Shown: one piece after another, positions 20,780 to 31,101 of the stretch
Position numbering within the stretch: the first letter of the stretch is position 1
Layout of the letters: each line of letters starts with the position of its first letter
Assembly (NCBI GenBank): GCA_934692675.1
Contig: CAKUUD010000002.1
Location: 173,036 to 237,035, forward strand
Origin: an uncultured Eubacteriales bacterium
Lineage (GTDB): Bacteria > Bacillota > Clostridia > Oscillospirales > Acutalibacteraceae
Direction: 5' to 3'
DNA length: 64,000 bases
Translations under genes and position numbers: made by a program
Notes under the pieces: generated by a model
What the model was told of the DNA's origin: nothing
Databases searched by the model: none
What the model saw: only the letters and a program-made list of their open reading frames with translations

Positions 20780-21457
20780 ATGATTGAATTTAGAAATGTG
20801 ACCAAAGAGTACAGCCCCGAGGTAAAGGCTCTTGACAACATAAGCATAAAAATTCCCGAGGGAGAATTTGTTTTTGTTGTTGGTCCTTCAGGCTCAGGAA
20901 AAAGTACTTTTCTGAAGTTACTCACAAAAGAAGAAGAAATTACAAGCGGGGATATATTGATAAACAATGAGTCTCTAAAGAAGATGAAAAGAAGGAAAAT
21001 CCCTTATCTTAGAAGAACGATGGGAATAGTTTTTCAGGATTTTAGAGTAATTGAAAAAATGACAGTTTTTGACAATGTGGCATTTGCCATGCATGTAGTG
21101 GGAGCCAAATCAAGAGATATAAGAAAAAGGGTTCCGTATGTTTTGAATCTTGTAGGTTTGAATGACAAAGCCAGGAGAAAAGTTTCGGAATTGTCCGGAG
21201 GAGAAAAGCAGAGAGTGGGTCTTGCGAGAGCTCTTGTTAACAACCCCGGAATGATTATTGCGGACGAGCCCACGGGAAATATCGACCCCTCTTTGTCGTA
21301 TGAATTGGTTGAACTTTTGAGCGAAATCAATAGGTGTGGAACTACGATTATAATGGTTACGCATGATATTTCTATAGTTAAAAAATTTAATTTCAGAGTT
21401 GTTGAAATTTTAAATGGAAAAATTCATAACGACGTGCCAAAAAGAGGTGAAAATTAA
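20780..21457 (+). CDS. ftsE: Cell division ABC ATPase FtsE
   Basis: Walker A GPSGSGKST, LSGGEKQR, Walker B IIADEPTGNIDP; followed by ftsX. Confidence 0.9.
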   Translation: MIEFRNVTKEYSPEVKALDNISIKIPEGEFVFVVGPSGSGKSTFLKLLTKEEEITSGDILINNESLKKMKRRKIPYLRRTMGIVFQDFRVIEKMTVFDNVAFAMHVVGAKSRDIRKRVPYVLNLVGLNDKARRKVSELSGGEKQRVGLARALVNNPGMIIADEPTGNIDPSLSYELVELLSEINRCGTTIIMVTHDISIVKKFNFRVVEILNGKIHNDVPKRGEN

Positions 21458-22359
21458 TGAATATACATAACTTTAAGTATTTTTTGAAAGAGGGATTCAA
21501 GAATCTTTGGATTAATAGGGTTATGTCGGCGGCTTCGATGCTCGTTATGACTTGTTGCATGATACTTACCGGTGGTGCGGTTTTGCTGTCGTACAACGTA
21601 AATGCTGCGCTTAAATCAGTTGAAAATAAAAATAGTATAACAGTGTTTTTGAACAGTGACATAAAATCTTCTAATGTTAAAAGCGTAGGAGAAAAAATTT
21701 CTAGTATAGATAATGTTGTAGCTTGCGATTATTATTCAAGTCAGCAAGCAGCAGAAAAATACGAAGAAGTCCTAGGAACTTTATATGATGTGGTATGTGA
21801 AAAGGAAAATCCTTTTCCTGAAGCGTTCCACGTTACTATGGAAGATTTATCTTTATATAATGATACGGTTTCGGAGATAAAAAATATTCCGGAAGTAGAT
21901 TCAGTAAGTGATAGAAGTGAAACAGCTCAAAAGCTTACAAATCTGAGCCATCTTATTGCTCATGCCGGCGTTTGGATTGTTTGTTCGCTGGGAGTGGTTT
22001 CTCTCTTTATAATTTCTAACACGATTCGTATATCTATGCATAGTAGAAGATTTGAAATAAGCATAATGAAATCCGTTGGCGCTACAAACTCTTTTATTAG
22101 GGCTCCTTTTATAGTGGAGGGAATTATAATCGGGTTTGTATCAGCTGCATTATCAACGGTAATACTGGATTTGATTTATGATGTATTCTGGGCTGTAATT
22201 TCGGAAATTATGCCGTTTAGCGGGGTATATTGCGAAGATATGTTCTGGAAATTATTTGGAGCATTTTTGATTTCAGGTGTAGTGTTCGGAATAATCGGAA
22301 GTTATATATCTATAAGAAAATATCTTATAAAAGAGGGTGGAGAAGTTGTTGCTTGGTAA
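21457..22359 (+). CDS. ftsX: Cell division permease FtsX
   Basis: 300 aa, 4 TM with large extracellular loop; coupled to ftsE. Confidence 0.85.
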   Translation: MNIHNFKYFLKEGFKNLWINRVMSAASMLVMTCCMILTGGAVLLSYNVNAALKSVENKNSITVFLNSDIKSSNVKSVGEKISSIDNVVACDYYSSQQAAEKYEEVLGTLYDVVCEKENPFPEAFHVTMEDLSLYNDTVSEIKNIPEVDSVSDRSETAQKLTNLSHLIAHAGVWIVCSLGVVSLFIISNTIRISMHSRRFEISIMKSVGATNSFIRAPFIVEGIIIGFVSAALSTVILDLIYDVFWAVISEIMPFSGVYCEDMFWKLFGAFLISGVVFGIIGSYISIRKYLIKEGGEVVAW

Positions 22360-23578
22360 GAAATCAGTGAAATCCGTTTGTTCAATTTTGGCTTCCGGAT
22401 TGCTACTTTTCGGGTATTCTTCAGCCCCAATGGTGTTCGCTGGTAGTTTTGAAGAAAATACTCGTTCTAAATCAGAACTTCAAAAAAGAAAGAAACAATT
22501 ATCCGAAGAATTAAAAAAGGCAAGTTCTGAGGTTACCAAAGAAGCTAAGAATAAAGATTCGTTGGACAAGCAGATAAAAGTTGTTCAGGAACAAATTGAT
22601 GTTATAAATGCTTACATAAACAGCTTGGATAGAAATATTATTACTTTAAGGGAACAAATAAACGAACTAAATCATCAAATTGAAGAAAAAGTTGAAGCTC
22701 TAAAGAAAAGTTTGGTATTGATATACAAAGCAGGAGACACTTCCACTTTGGATATAGTTCTAGGGGCGAAGGATTTTGAGGATTTTCTCGACAAGGCGGA
22801 TATAGTAAGGTCTTTTAGCAGGAGCATCAATAATGCGATAGATGATTTGAAAAATGACCTAAAAAATGTTGAGTCAAAAGAAAATGAAATAGTTCAGATA
22901 AAAAAAGACCAGGAATCCGAAAGGGTAAATTTGGAAAAAAGCCGTGAAATGTTGCAAAATCTTTTGGATGAAAGCGAAAAACTTCTTAATAATTTGCAAG
23001 ATTCCGAAAAAGAAGTGAAAAAAGCAATAGACCAAAATGATGCGCAATTAAAAGTAATAGACGCCGAAATTCAAAAATATTACGAGGATCAGAGAAAGGC
23101 AGCTCAGCAATCTGCAAATAATAATACCAATAACGCTCCATCTAATGCGAATGTTCCGGTACAAATTAAAAAAGGTGGATTCATATGGCCGGTGCCAGGA
23201 TATAAAACGATAAGTTCGGGATTCAGCGATACTCAAAATCGTTCTCACGCTCACGGCGCTATTGATATAGCGGGCAGAGGAATATATGGTGCTAATATAG
23301 TGGCTTCTTCTGCAGGCAAAGTTATAATGGTCAATACCGTTGTTAATTCCCAGGGTCAAGGTGGCGGCGGATATGGAAAATTTGTCGTAATTGACCACGG
23401 CAATGGAATCTCTACTCTTTATGGACATATGAGTAACGTGGCTGTATCGAAAGGTCAATCTGTTTCTCAGGGACAAGTTATAGGAAATGTAGGTAACACA
23501 GGATTTTCTACGGGTCCGCACTTGCATTTTGAATATCGTGTAAATGGCGTTAGAAGAAATCCCTTGGAAATAGTATAA
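22337..23578 (+). CDS. M23 peptidase with N-terminal coiled coil (EnvC/PcsB-like FtsEX-associated murein hydrolase activator)
   Basis: Signal/TM, long coiled coil, C-terminal LytM motifs (HAHGAIDIA, GNTGFSTGPHLHFE). Confidence 0.8.
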   Translation: MEKLLLGKKSVKSVCSILASGLLLFGYSSAPMVFAGSFEENTRSKSELQKRKKQLSEELKKASSEVTKEAKNKDSLDKQIKVVQEQIDVINAYINSLDRNIITLREQINELNHQIEEKVEALKKSLVLIYKAGDTSTLDIVLGAKDFEDFLDKADIVRSFSRSINNAIDDLKNDLKNVESKENEIVQIKKDQESERVNLEKSREMLQNLLDESEKLLNNLQDSEKEVKKAIDQNDAQLKVIDAEIQKYYEDQRKAAQQSANNNTNNAPSNANVPVQIKKGGFIWPVPGYKTISSGFSDTQNRSHAHGAIDIAGRGIYGANIVASSAGKVIMVNTVVNSQGQGGGGYGKFVVIDHGNGISTLYGHMSNVAVSKGQSVSQGQVIGNVGNTGFSTGPHLHFEYRVNGVRRNPLEIV

Positions 23579-23604
23579 AAATGCTTTACAGGAGTGATTT
23601 TTAA

Positions 23605-24540
23605 ATGAAAATTATGAATAAAAAAATTTCTCTTCTGGCAGTGATAGTTCTTATGTTTGTGGTAGGGGCGGTTGTGTATTCCTTGGGATATAGAATGGCT
23701 ATGAATAAATTTAACAATGTGATTTCTTATAATCAAGAAAAACAGAAAATGTATTCCACATTGAGCGACGTTGATTATAATGTTAGGAATTTATGCATAG
23801 AAAACATAGACGAGGACAAGCTTATTACAGGAATTTGCAAAGGATACGTTTCTGGAGTCAGTGAAAATTGCAAGTTTTTTACCGATAATGAATATGAACA
23901 ATTTGTAAATGAAAATAAAAATGCGCCGATAGATATTTCTGATAAAGTTATTAATTCAAAAATAGGATACATAAGAATAGGAAATTTGGCTGCCGGTTCA
24001 GGAAAAGTTTTTGAAAATAAATTGAAAGATTATACTTCTAATAATATTTCGAATTTTATTATCGATTTGAGAAATTGCAACAAAGGCGAGGATGAGGAAG
24101 CCTTTGGGATTATTAAGAGCATCACTTCTGGCGAAAATATAGTCAGTGCCATTGATAAAAAGGGGCAAAGAGAGGTCGTTTGTTCTTCGAATATAGTTTT
24201 GCCGGAAATAAAAGTGGTTTGCTTGATTAATAAATATACTTCAGGTCCGTCGGAATTAATAGCTTCTTGTATAAAAGATGAGAATAGGTTTTATGTAATT
24301 GGCGATAAGACTTCTGGAAATGCTGTAAGAAGAAAAGCGGTCACATTTATAAATGGAAATGTTATGTTGTTTCCGGATGCATATTATGTGACAAAATCTA
24401 ACAGCAATATCTATCAAACGGGCGTGGCTCCTTCTATGGAATCATCGATGAGCGAGGAAAAGATAGATTTATTAAGTAAAAAAATGCTTGACTTTAATGA
24501 AGATGAACAATTAATAGATGCGGTGAATTATTTTGAATAG
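23605..24540 (+). CDS. S41 (C-terminal processing peptidase)-like protein, short and possibly catalytically degenerate
   Basis: N-terminal TM, region resembling the S41 catalytic core (INKYTSGPSELIAS...GDKTSGNAV) but canonical GSASASE and TFGKG Ser/Lys context altered; no PDZ recognised. Confidence 0.4.
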   Translation: MKIMNKKISLLAVIVLMFVVGAVVYSLGYRMAMNKFNNVISYNQEKQKMYSTLSDVDYNVRNLCIENIDEDKLITGICKGYVSGVSENCKFFTDNEYEQFVNENKNAPIDISDKVINSKIGYIRIGNLAAGSGKVFENKLKDYTSNNISNFIIDLRNCNKGEDEEAFGIIKSITSGENIVSAIDKKGQREVVCSSNIVLPEIKVVCLINKYTSGPSELIASCIKDENRFYVIGDKTSGNAVRRKAVTFINGNVMLFPDAYYVTKSNSNIYQTGVAPSMESSMSEEKIDLLSKKMLDFNEDEQLIDAVNYFE

Positions 24541-25201
24541 TGTTTTTTCAAATTTTGCAAATATTGTTTATAATCTGATTTTTCCTCATCGTTGTGCGCT
24601 TTGCGATAATATAATCAGTAAAAATCTTTTAATTTGTCCGTCTTGTAACAAAAATTTAAAGCTTGAATTTTACAAAAGAAAAATATGCACGATAAATAAC
24701 AAAGAAATTAACTGCATTGCTCCGTTTACTTATTCCGGTAAAGTTCGAGAGGCAATTATAAGATTTAAATTTCACAGCAAAGTAGGCAATTGTAAGTTCT
24801 TGTCTTCTGCGATGGTAAAGGCTTTGGAAAATTATAAAGAAAAATTTGATATAATTGTTCCAGTTCCGATTTCTTTAAATAGAAAAATGCAAAGAAAATA
24901 CAATCAATGTGAAGTTTTAGCCGAAGAAATTAGTAAAAATGTTGCTATTCCGTGTAAAAATATTCTGGTTAAAATTGTAGATAATCCAGCTCAACATGAT
25001 ATTTCATCGGTTTATAAAAGTGAAAATGTCAAGAATGCTTATAAAGTTAATTCGGATTTTGAAATTCGTGGTAAAAGAATTTTGTTGGTTGATGATGTGT
25101 GTACTACTGGCAATACACTGAAAGAGTGCGCGAAGACGCTGTTAAACAGCGGGGCTGATAGCGTAATTTGTTTAGTTATTGCTCTTGCGAACCCCAAATA
25201 G
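24533..25201 (+). CDS. comFC: ComF family protein (ComFC-like phosphoribosyltransferase)
   Basis: N-terminal Cys4 cluster (CALC...CPSC) plus PRTase motif LLVDDVCTTGNT. Confidence 0.8.
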   Translation: MNSVFSNFANIVYNLIFPHRCALCDNIISKNLLICPSCNKNLKLEFYKRKICTINNKEINCIAPFTYSGKVREAIIRFKFHSKVGNCKFLSSAMVKALENYKEKFDIIVPVPISLNRKMQRKYNQCEVLAEEISKNVAIPCKNILVKIVDNPAQHDISSVYKSENVKNAYKVNSDFEIRGKRILLVDDVCTTGNTLKECAKTLLNSGADSVICLVIALANPK

Positions 25202-25323
25202 TAATTTTATAAAAAAGAAGTACAAATATATTTTGTACTTCTTTAAAAATGTTTAAAAAAACGTTGCATTTTAATTTTAAATATGTTATAAAAGTATCAT
25301 AAAGAAACGATAGGAGAAATTAG

Positions 25324-26127
25324 ATGAAAAAGATAATTGCTACTATTATGGCTTTGTTAACAATAGGTGGTTCTCAAGCATCGGCTCTAAGTAAGAACAC
25401 AATAAAAAAAGCAGTTTCTAGCGTTAGCACTAAAATTCTTCCAGCCGCAGCTGTTACCTTAGGAGTTGGAGTTTTGGCAAAGAAATTTATGCAAACTCAC
25501 AATAATTCCAATTCTGAATTTATAAAAGCTTGCAATAAGACCAATCCTGAAAGGGAAGCTTATGAGGACGGAATCAGATACATAAAATGGCATAGTTCTA
25601 TGTGCTGGTTCAATGCTTCTATATTAAATTTGTATTATGATGATTATTATAGAGATTATCTTTACAATTTGAAAGAGGATACTTACAAAGAAGATGATAA
25701 GGTTTGCAAAAAAGTTACTATAGAATTATCCAGATTGATTAAGAAAATTAAAAACTCTCCTACATGTATGTGCGAATTGACCAAAGAAGATTACAATAGA
25801 GTTTTGTCTTCGTACGACGATCCGAATTACAGGTTTGCTAGATGTGGCGGAGATATTAGTATGTTGTTTATTAACTCAATAACGTACTATGATTTACAAC
25901 GCTCACCTTCGAGGAATCAGATTGCAAGCAGAACTGTGTCGTCAGTTTATAGAAATGGTCATTATTATAACTTATATTATAGCAAAAAAAGCAATCGTCT
26001 CTATTCTATCGGCCGAATTGTATACGAAGGTTTTGGAAATTCTGTGGAGGTTATTTCCTCTGAAACTGATAAAAATAATTGGTTGGACCAGATTAAAAGT
26101 AATCGAGTAATTTATATTGTTAAGTAA
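25324..26127 (+). CDS. Hypothetical secreted Cys/Tyr-rich protein
   Basis: Sec-type signal peptide (MKKIIATIMALLTIGGSQASA); no recognisable domain; RBS GGAG upstream. Confidence 0.45.
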   Translation: MKKIIATIMALLTIGGSQASALSKNTIKKAVSSVSTKILPAAAVTLGVGVLAKKFMQTHNNSNSEFIKACNKTNPEREAYEDGIRYIKWHSSMCWFNASILNLYYDDYYRDYLYNLKEDTYKEDDKVCKKVTIELSRLIKKIKNSPTCMCELTKEDYNRVLSSYDDPNYRFARCGGDISMLFINSITYYDLQRSPSRNQIASRTVSSVYRNGHYYNLYYSKKSNRLYSIGRIVYEGFGNSVEVISSETDKNNWLDQIKSNRVIYIVK

Positions 26128-26132
26128 AATTG

Positions 26133-26774
26133 TTAGTTTGTAGATTTGGAATTTCCGAATTTGCAAATTTTTTTTAGGCAGCATAACTCGCATTTAGGGT
26201 TTATGGCAGTGCAAACCTTCCTTCCGTGTGCGACTAATCTATGACAAAAGTTTGTTGATTCATCTTTGGGCAATAAATCTTTCATAAAAAATTCAATTTT
26301 TACGGGGTCTTTCATGTTGTGAAATCCCAATCGATTTGTTATTCGCGTGAAATGTGTGTCCACTATTACAACATCTTTTTTATAAATTTCACCTAATAAA
26401 ACGTTAGCTGTTTTTCGTCCTATTCCTGGCAATGATGTTAAATTTTCTATGTTATCCGGAACTTTTCCGTTGAAATCGCTCATAATTTTTTTGCAAATTT
26501 CTATTATATCCGATGATTTCACTTTATAAAATCCACAGGATTTTATTATGTTTTGTACGTCTTCTGGTTTTGCTTCCGAAAAATCTTTTGCATTTTTATA
26601 TTTTTCAAAAAGCTTTGGAGTAACCATGTTCACTCTTGCGTCTGTGCATTGTGCCGCCAGTCTCGTGGCAATAAGAAGCTGCAAATCATTTTCATAATTT
26701 AATGTACACTTGCAGACTGGATATTCCTTTTTTAGTAATTCGACAGCCAACTCAGCTTTTTTATGAATGTCCAT
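26133..26774 (-). CDS. nth: Endonuclease III
   Basis: HhH-GPD (LPGIGRKTANVVL) and C-terminal CX6CX2CX5C 4Fe-4S cluster. Confidence 0.9.
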   Translation of the reverse strand: MDIHKKAELAVELLKKEYPVCKCTLNYENDLQLLIATRLAAQCTDARVNMVTPKLFEKYKNAKDFSEAKPEDVQNIIKSCGFYKVKSSDIIEICKKIMSDFNGKVPDNIENLTSLPGIGRKTANVLLGEIYKKDVVIVDTHFTRITNRLGFHNMKDPVKIEFFMKDLLPKDESTNFCHRLVAHGRKVCTAINPKCELCCLKKICKFGNSKSTN

Positions 26775-26870
26775 TTATTTATCATTCCTTTGCAGTATTT
26801 TATTGTATGTTTTATTGAAAAACAAAAAGGCCACTCAATATTTGAGCGACCCCTCAATATTAACTAATAA

Positions 26871-27110
26871 TTATTGTTTGGAAACTGCTGGTTCCGTTTT
26901 CACTTCACTTTTTTGACTATTTTTGTTAAAGACTTTTGATACTTTGTTCATTGCACCTTTTCCAAAATTTTGCACTCCGGTCACTGCGCTATCAAACTTA
27001 TTATTAATTGGTTCATGATTTTTAGCACCCACTACAGCTGCTCCTGCTAATGTTGTTGAAACGGCTACTGCTGCCATAGTGGCTACTACTACTTTTTTTA
27101 CAATACTCAT
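26871..27110 (-). CDS. Hypothetical small secreted/membrane protein
   Basis: 79 aa; N-terminal hydrophobic Ala/Val-rich segment; ORF only. Confidence 0.3.
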   Translation of the reverse strand: MSIVKKVVVATMAAVAVSTTLAGAAVVGAKNHEPINNKFDSAVTGVQNFGKGAMNKVSKVFNKNSQKSEVKTEPAVSKQ

Positions 27111-27241
27111 AATTTTATTCTCCTTAAATTAAAATTTTGTTCCACATTACATATTATATCATTAAAATTTATATAAATCAATAGAGTTTTTAAAATTCAT
27201 TACAATTTATAAAAAAATTACACGAATGTTTAAAAAATATA

Positions 27242-27844
27242 TCAAACTTCACTTCGGCCTTTTAGAGCGCGGGACAAAGTTACTTCATCGGCATACTCAA
27301 GCGTCGCTCCTACGGGTATGCCGTACGCCAGGCGAGTAACTACCACGCCCAATGGTTTTAACAATTTCGAAATGTACATCGACGTCGCTTCGCCCTCAAC
27401 GGTAGGGTTAGTGGCGACAATAACCTCTTTTATTTCGTTTTTTTGAACTCTATCCAGCAACTCCTTAATATGAATCTGATCCGGTCCCACGCCATTTAAA
27501 GGCGATATAGTTCCGTGCAAAACTTGATAAAGCGCGTGAAACTCTTGCGTTCTTTCGATCGCGTTAACATCGCGAGGATCCTCCACAACACATATCGTGG
27601 AAGTGTCTCTCGATTTATCGGTGCAGATGTCGCATATTTCTTTATCGGTGAAATTGCAACAATTTTTACAATAATGGATATTATTTTTGGCTTCTACAAT
27701 GGCTTCGGCAAATTCATCTGCCTTCTCTTTTGGCATTTTTAAAACAGAATACGCTAAGCGCATAGCCGTTTTGTTGCCTATTCCCGGTAGCCTTTCAAAA
27801 TTTTCAGCGAGCTTTTCAAGAGGAGTAATAAAATGCTTGCTCAT
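27242..27844 (-). CDS. recR: Recombination protein RecR
   Basis: HhH N-terminus, C4 zinc finger (CKNCCNFTDKEICDIC), Toprim; synteny dnaX-ybaB-recR. Confidence 0.9.
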   Translation of the reverse strand: MSKHFITPLEKLAENFERLPGIGNKTAMRLAYSVLKMPKEKADEFAEAIVEAKNNIHYCKNCCNFTDKEICDICTDKSRDTSTICVVEDPRDVNAIERTQEFHALYQVLHGTISPLNGVGPDQIHIKELLDRVQKNEIKEVIVATNPTVEGEATSMYISKLLKPLGVVVTRLAYGIPVGATLEYADEVTLSRALKGRSEV

Positions 27845-27845
27845 T

Positions 27846-28190
27846 TTAGAACAACCCCGGAATATGCATTTGTCCGGAAATACTTTGCATCATATCTTCT
27901 TTTTCTTGAGTGGCTGTTCTTAACGCCTCATTTATAGCTGCTATTATCAAGTCTGAGAGCATGCTTACGTCCTCGGGATCAACCACTTCCGGTTTTATAT
28001 CTATATTTTTGACTTCTAATTTGCCGGATATAGTAACTTTTACTGCCTCGCCGCCTGAACTTGCGCTGTACTCTTTTTCTTCAAGTTCCTTAGAAGCTTT
28101 TTCCATTTGTTCTTGTGCCTCTTGAGCTTGTTTTGCGAGCGCTTGGATATTATTCATTCCGGATCCATTTTTGGGTAATCTGACTTTCAT
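27846..28190 (-). CDS. ybaB: Nucleoid-associated protein YbaB/EbfC
   Basis: 114 aa, conserved position between dnaX and recR. Confidence 0.9.
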   Translation of the reverse strand: MKVRLPKNGSGMNNIQALAKQAQEAQEQMEKASKELEEKEYSASSGGEAVKVTISGKLEVKNIDIKPEVVDPEDVSMLSDLIIAAINEALRTATQEKEDMMQSISGQMHIPGLF

Positions 28191-29683
28191 ATGTTTTCCT
28201 CCAACTTTATATTGTTTTTTTGTGCTTTTTCTACTATTTTATTCAATGGGTCATTTCCCTCATCAGCGGGTGGGGTGTAGGGGCCTAAATTATAATATTT
28301 TCCTGTAATTTCCCTTACAATGTTTTTTATTGAGTTTCTGTAATTCGCATTCCGCAAGAGTTCAAAAGCCACCGCTCTTTTGGACTCAATCAATATATAA
28401 TTTTTATTTTCGTGCGCTTTGGAATCTTTTAGCGCGATATAAAGAGATTTCAGTTCGGGTTTTTCTTTTAAATTTTCTAAAATTCTATTCCATGGTTCAA
28501 ATTCGTTTTCTTGGACTGGGGCATTTAAAATTCCTAGAGATATTTTATCTTTTGGCGGATTGGGTTCGTTTTCTACTTCGGCTTTTTTCGGAATTTTTAT
28601 TTTAGGTTTAGCATCGTTCGAAATATTTTCTCCCTGTACGCAAAGTTTTACCAAAGCTAATTCAAGCTCTATTTTATTATTTGCTCCGTTGCTCATATTT
28701 TTGAGAGATTCCTGAAGTATGTCCATAGAATTTAAAATATCCTGCATGTTTAATTTAGATGCCGAATCTTTAATTTTTTCTGAGCCTGAATTCGTGACTT
28801 TATACACCATTATATCTCTATAATAATTTAGAAGTTCTTCGCAAAGTTTACTGAAGTTTTTCGATTGGATATAGAGGTCGTTCACAAGATTTAGGCAAGA
28901 TTTGCCATCTTTATTACATATAAAATCAATAAATTCCGTGATGTATTCATTTCCTGATATTCCTAAAATTTTTTTAACCGACGCCGCGGTAATGTCATCT
29001 TTAGACAAATTACAGCACTGGTCAAGAATAGAAAGAGCGTCGCGCATGGCTCCATCTGCGGAATAAGAAATTAATTTTAGCGCTTCGTCTTCAATGGAGA
29101 TTTTTTCTTCATTACATATATATTTCAACCTTTTGAATATATCGTCAGAAGAAATCCTGTAAAAGTCGAATCGTTGACATCTAGAAAGTATAGTGGCTGG
29201 GATTTTTTGAACTTCCGTCGTGGCTAAAATAAAAATAACGTGTGGAGGAGGCTCTTCTAATATTTTTAGAAATGCATTGAACGCGCCGGTCGAAAGCATA
29301 TGAACTTCATCTACGATATAGACTCTATACTTGCATTTCACCGGAGAGAACACAAGCTCTTCCTTCATAGTTCTTATATTTTCTACGCTATTATTGCTTG
29401 CCGCATCTATTTCAACTATGTCCAGCAGACTTTCAGATTCTGCTTCTTTGCAAATTTCACACTGCCTACAAGCTTCACCCGAAACAACATTTTTGCAGTT
29501 TACAGATTTAGCAAATATTTTCGCACAAGTTGTCTTACCGGTTCCTCGTGACCCTGTGAAAAGATAAGCATGAGAAATTCTACCGGAATCGATTTCTCTT
29601 TTCAATGTTTCGGTTATGTGATTTTGCCCGACTACATCACTAAAACTTTTTGGACGCCATTTTCGATAAAGTGCTTGATACAT
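28187..29683 (-). CDS. dnaX: DNA polymerase III subunit gamma/tau
   Basis: Walker A GSRGTGKTT, zinc module CRQCEIC, Walker B IVDEVHML. Confidence 0.9.
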   Translation of the reverse strand: MYQALYRKWRPKSFSDVVGQNHITETLKREIDSGRISHAYLFTGSRGTGKTTCAKIFAKSVNCKNVVSGEACRQCEICKEAESESLLDIVEIDAASNNSVENIRTMKEELVFSPVKCKYRVYIVDEVHMLSTGAFNAFLKILEEPPPHVIFILATTEVQKIPATILSRCQRFDFYRISSDDIFKRLKYICNEEKISIEDEALKLISYSADGAMRDALSILDQCCNLSKDDITAASVKKILGISGNEYITEFIDFICNKDGKSCLNLVNDLYIQSKNFSKLCEELLNYYRDIMVYKVTNSGSEKIKDSASKLNMQDILNSMDILQESLKNMSNGANNKIELELALVKLCVQGENISNDAKPKIKIPKKAEVENEPNPPKDKISLGILNAPVQENEFEPWNRILENLKEKPELKSLYIALKDSKAHENKNYILIESKRAVAFELLRNANYRNSIKNIVREITGKYYNLGPYTPPADEGNDPLNKIVEKAQKNNIKLEENI

Positions 29684-29707
29684 CCTTTAATACCTCGCTT
29701 GCAAAAT

Positions 29708-29850
29708 CGATTTTTGCTTTATGTAATTTAACATGCAGTCACAGAATTAACTACATCGCACGAAACATACTGCTTAATGCTGCTCGGTTCCCCGCCTGAC
29801 ATGGTTCACAGTCATTCGCCGTATAGCACCCAGATGACTGCATGTTAAAT
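29708..29850 (-). ncRNA. ffs: Signal recognition particle RNA (small 4.5S-type)
   Basis: Minus-strand RNA shows 20-bp terminal helix (29711-29730 pairs 29826-29845) and the conserved SRP domain IV elements GGUGCU...GUCAGG...GGAA..GAGCAGC..AAGCAG...CGUGCGAUGUAG; located immediately upstream of dnaX as in Bacillus. Confidence 0.75.
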
Positions 29851-29973
29851 TACATGCATCTTGATTATTAATTGCATAAGACTTAAAATTAGTATACACC
29901 ATAATTATGTTAAATACAAGAAAAATATTTTATTTTTTTAAATAAATATATTTCCGAAAGGAATGAAATTAAT

Positions 29974-31101
29974 TTGGAGATTAAAATTGCTCACTGTTCA
30001 GATATACATATTGGGGCTTCGATATCGTCGCTTGAGAATAAATGTTATGAACGGAGAAATGAAATTAAAAATTCATTTTTCAAAATAATAAAAAAATGCG
30101 AACTTGAAAAAGTGCAGGTTTTATGCGTGGCAGGAGATTTGTTTGATGATACTACTGTAACTCAATCAGATATTGAAGAAGTAAAAAATATTTGTAAAAA
30201 CGCTCCTTTTAAAATTGTAATTTCTCCTGGGAATCACGATCCATTTACTGCAGATTCGCCTTATAATTCAAATTGGCCCGAAAATGTAAGCATATTTAAA
30301 AATAATAATTTGGAAAGTATAGAGTTTCCGGAACTTAATTTAAGAGTATGGGGTGCGGCTTTTGTAAGTAGGTATGAGAGGAAGAGCTTTTTAAAAAATA
30401 TTGATTTTTTTAAAGATGGCTTTATAAATTTATGCGTACTGCACGCTGATATATTAGGTAACCAAAAAGTATATAACCCGGTTACAGTTGCGGAAATAGA
30501 AAAAAGTAAAATGGATTATATAGCTTTTGGACATATACATAAGAGAAGCAGAATACTAAAAGCAGGTGAAACATTTTATTCGTACAGCGGTTCACCAGAA
30601 AGTTTAGGTTTTGATGAGCCTGGAGAAAAAGGATTTTATCTAGGATGTATCGGTAAAAATTTTTGTGATATGAAATTTGAAAAAATTTCTTCAAGGAGCT
30701 ACGTAACGATCGAAATTGATATATCAAATTGCAGTAACGAAAAAGAAGTTAGAGATATTGTTTTAAATTACCTGGCAGATAAATATGGGGATGATTATCC
30801 TAAAAATATTTATAAAATTATACTCACAGGGGAAATAAAAGAAAATTTATATATTAATATAAAAAATTTAGAAGCATCTTTGAGGGAATCCGTTTTTCAT
30901 TGTATTTTAGAAGATGATACTTTCGAGAAAATAGACATCGAAAAATTAAAATACAGAACGGATTTTAAATCTTTATTTATTAAAGATATTCTCAATAAAA
31001 TTGAAAGTGAACCCGACGAAAACGAAGTTAAATTGCTTAGAAATGCCTTAAAATTAGGGCTAAGAGCTTTTGAAAGTGACGTGAAATATAGTGAAAATTA
31101 A
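29974..31101 (+). CDS. SbcD/Mre11-like calcineurin-type phosphoesterase (YhaO-like)
   Basis: Metallophosphatase motifs HCSDIHIG, GDLFD, GNHD, GHIH. Confidence 0.75.
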   Translation: MEIKIAHCSDIHIGASISSLENKCYERRNEIKNSFFKIIKKCELEKVQVLCVAGDLFDDTTVTQSDIEEVKNICKNAPFKIVISPGNHDPFTADSPYNSNWPENVSIFKNNNLESIEFPELNLRVWGAAFVSRYERKSFLKNIDFFKDGFINLCVLHADILGNQKVYNPVTVAEIEKSKMDYIAFGHIHKRSRILKAGETFYSYSGSPESLGFDEPGEKGFYLGCIGKNFCDMKFEKISSRSYVTIEIDISNCSNEKEVRDIVLNYLADKYGDDYPKNIYKIILTGEIKENLYINIKNLEASLRESVFHCILEDDTFEKIDIEKLKYRTDFKSLFIKDILNKIESEPDENEVKLLRNALKLGLRAFESDVKYSEN

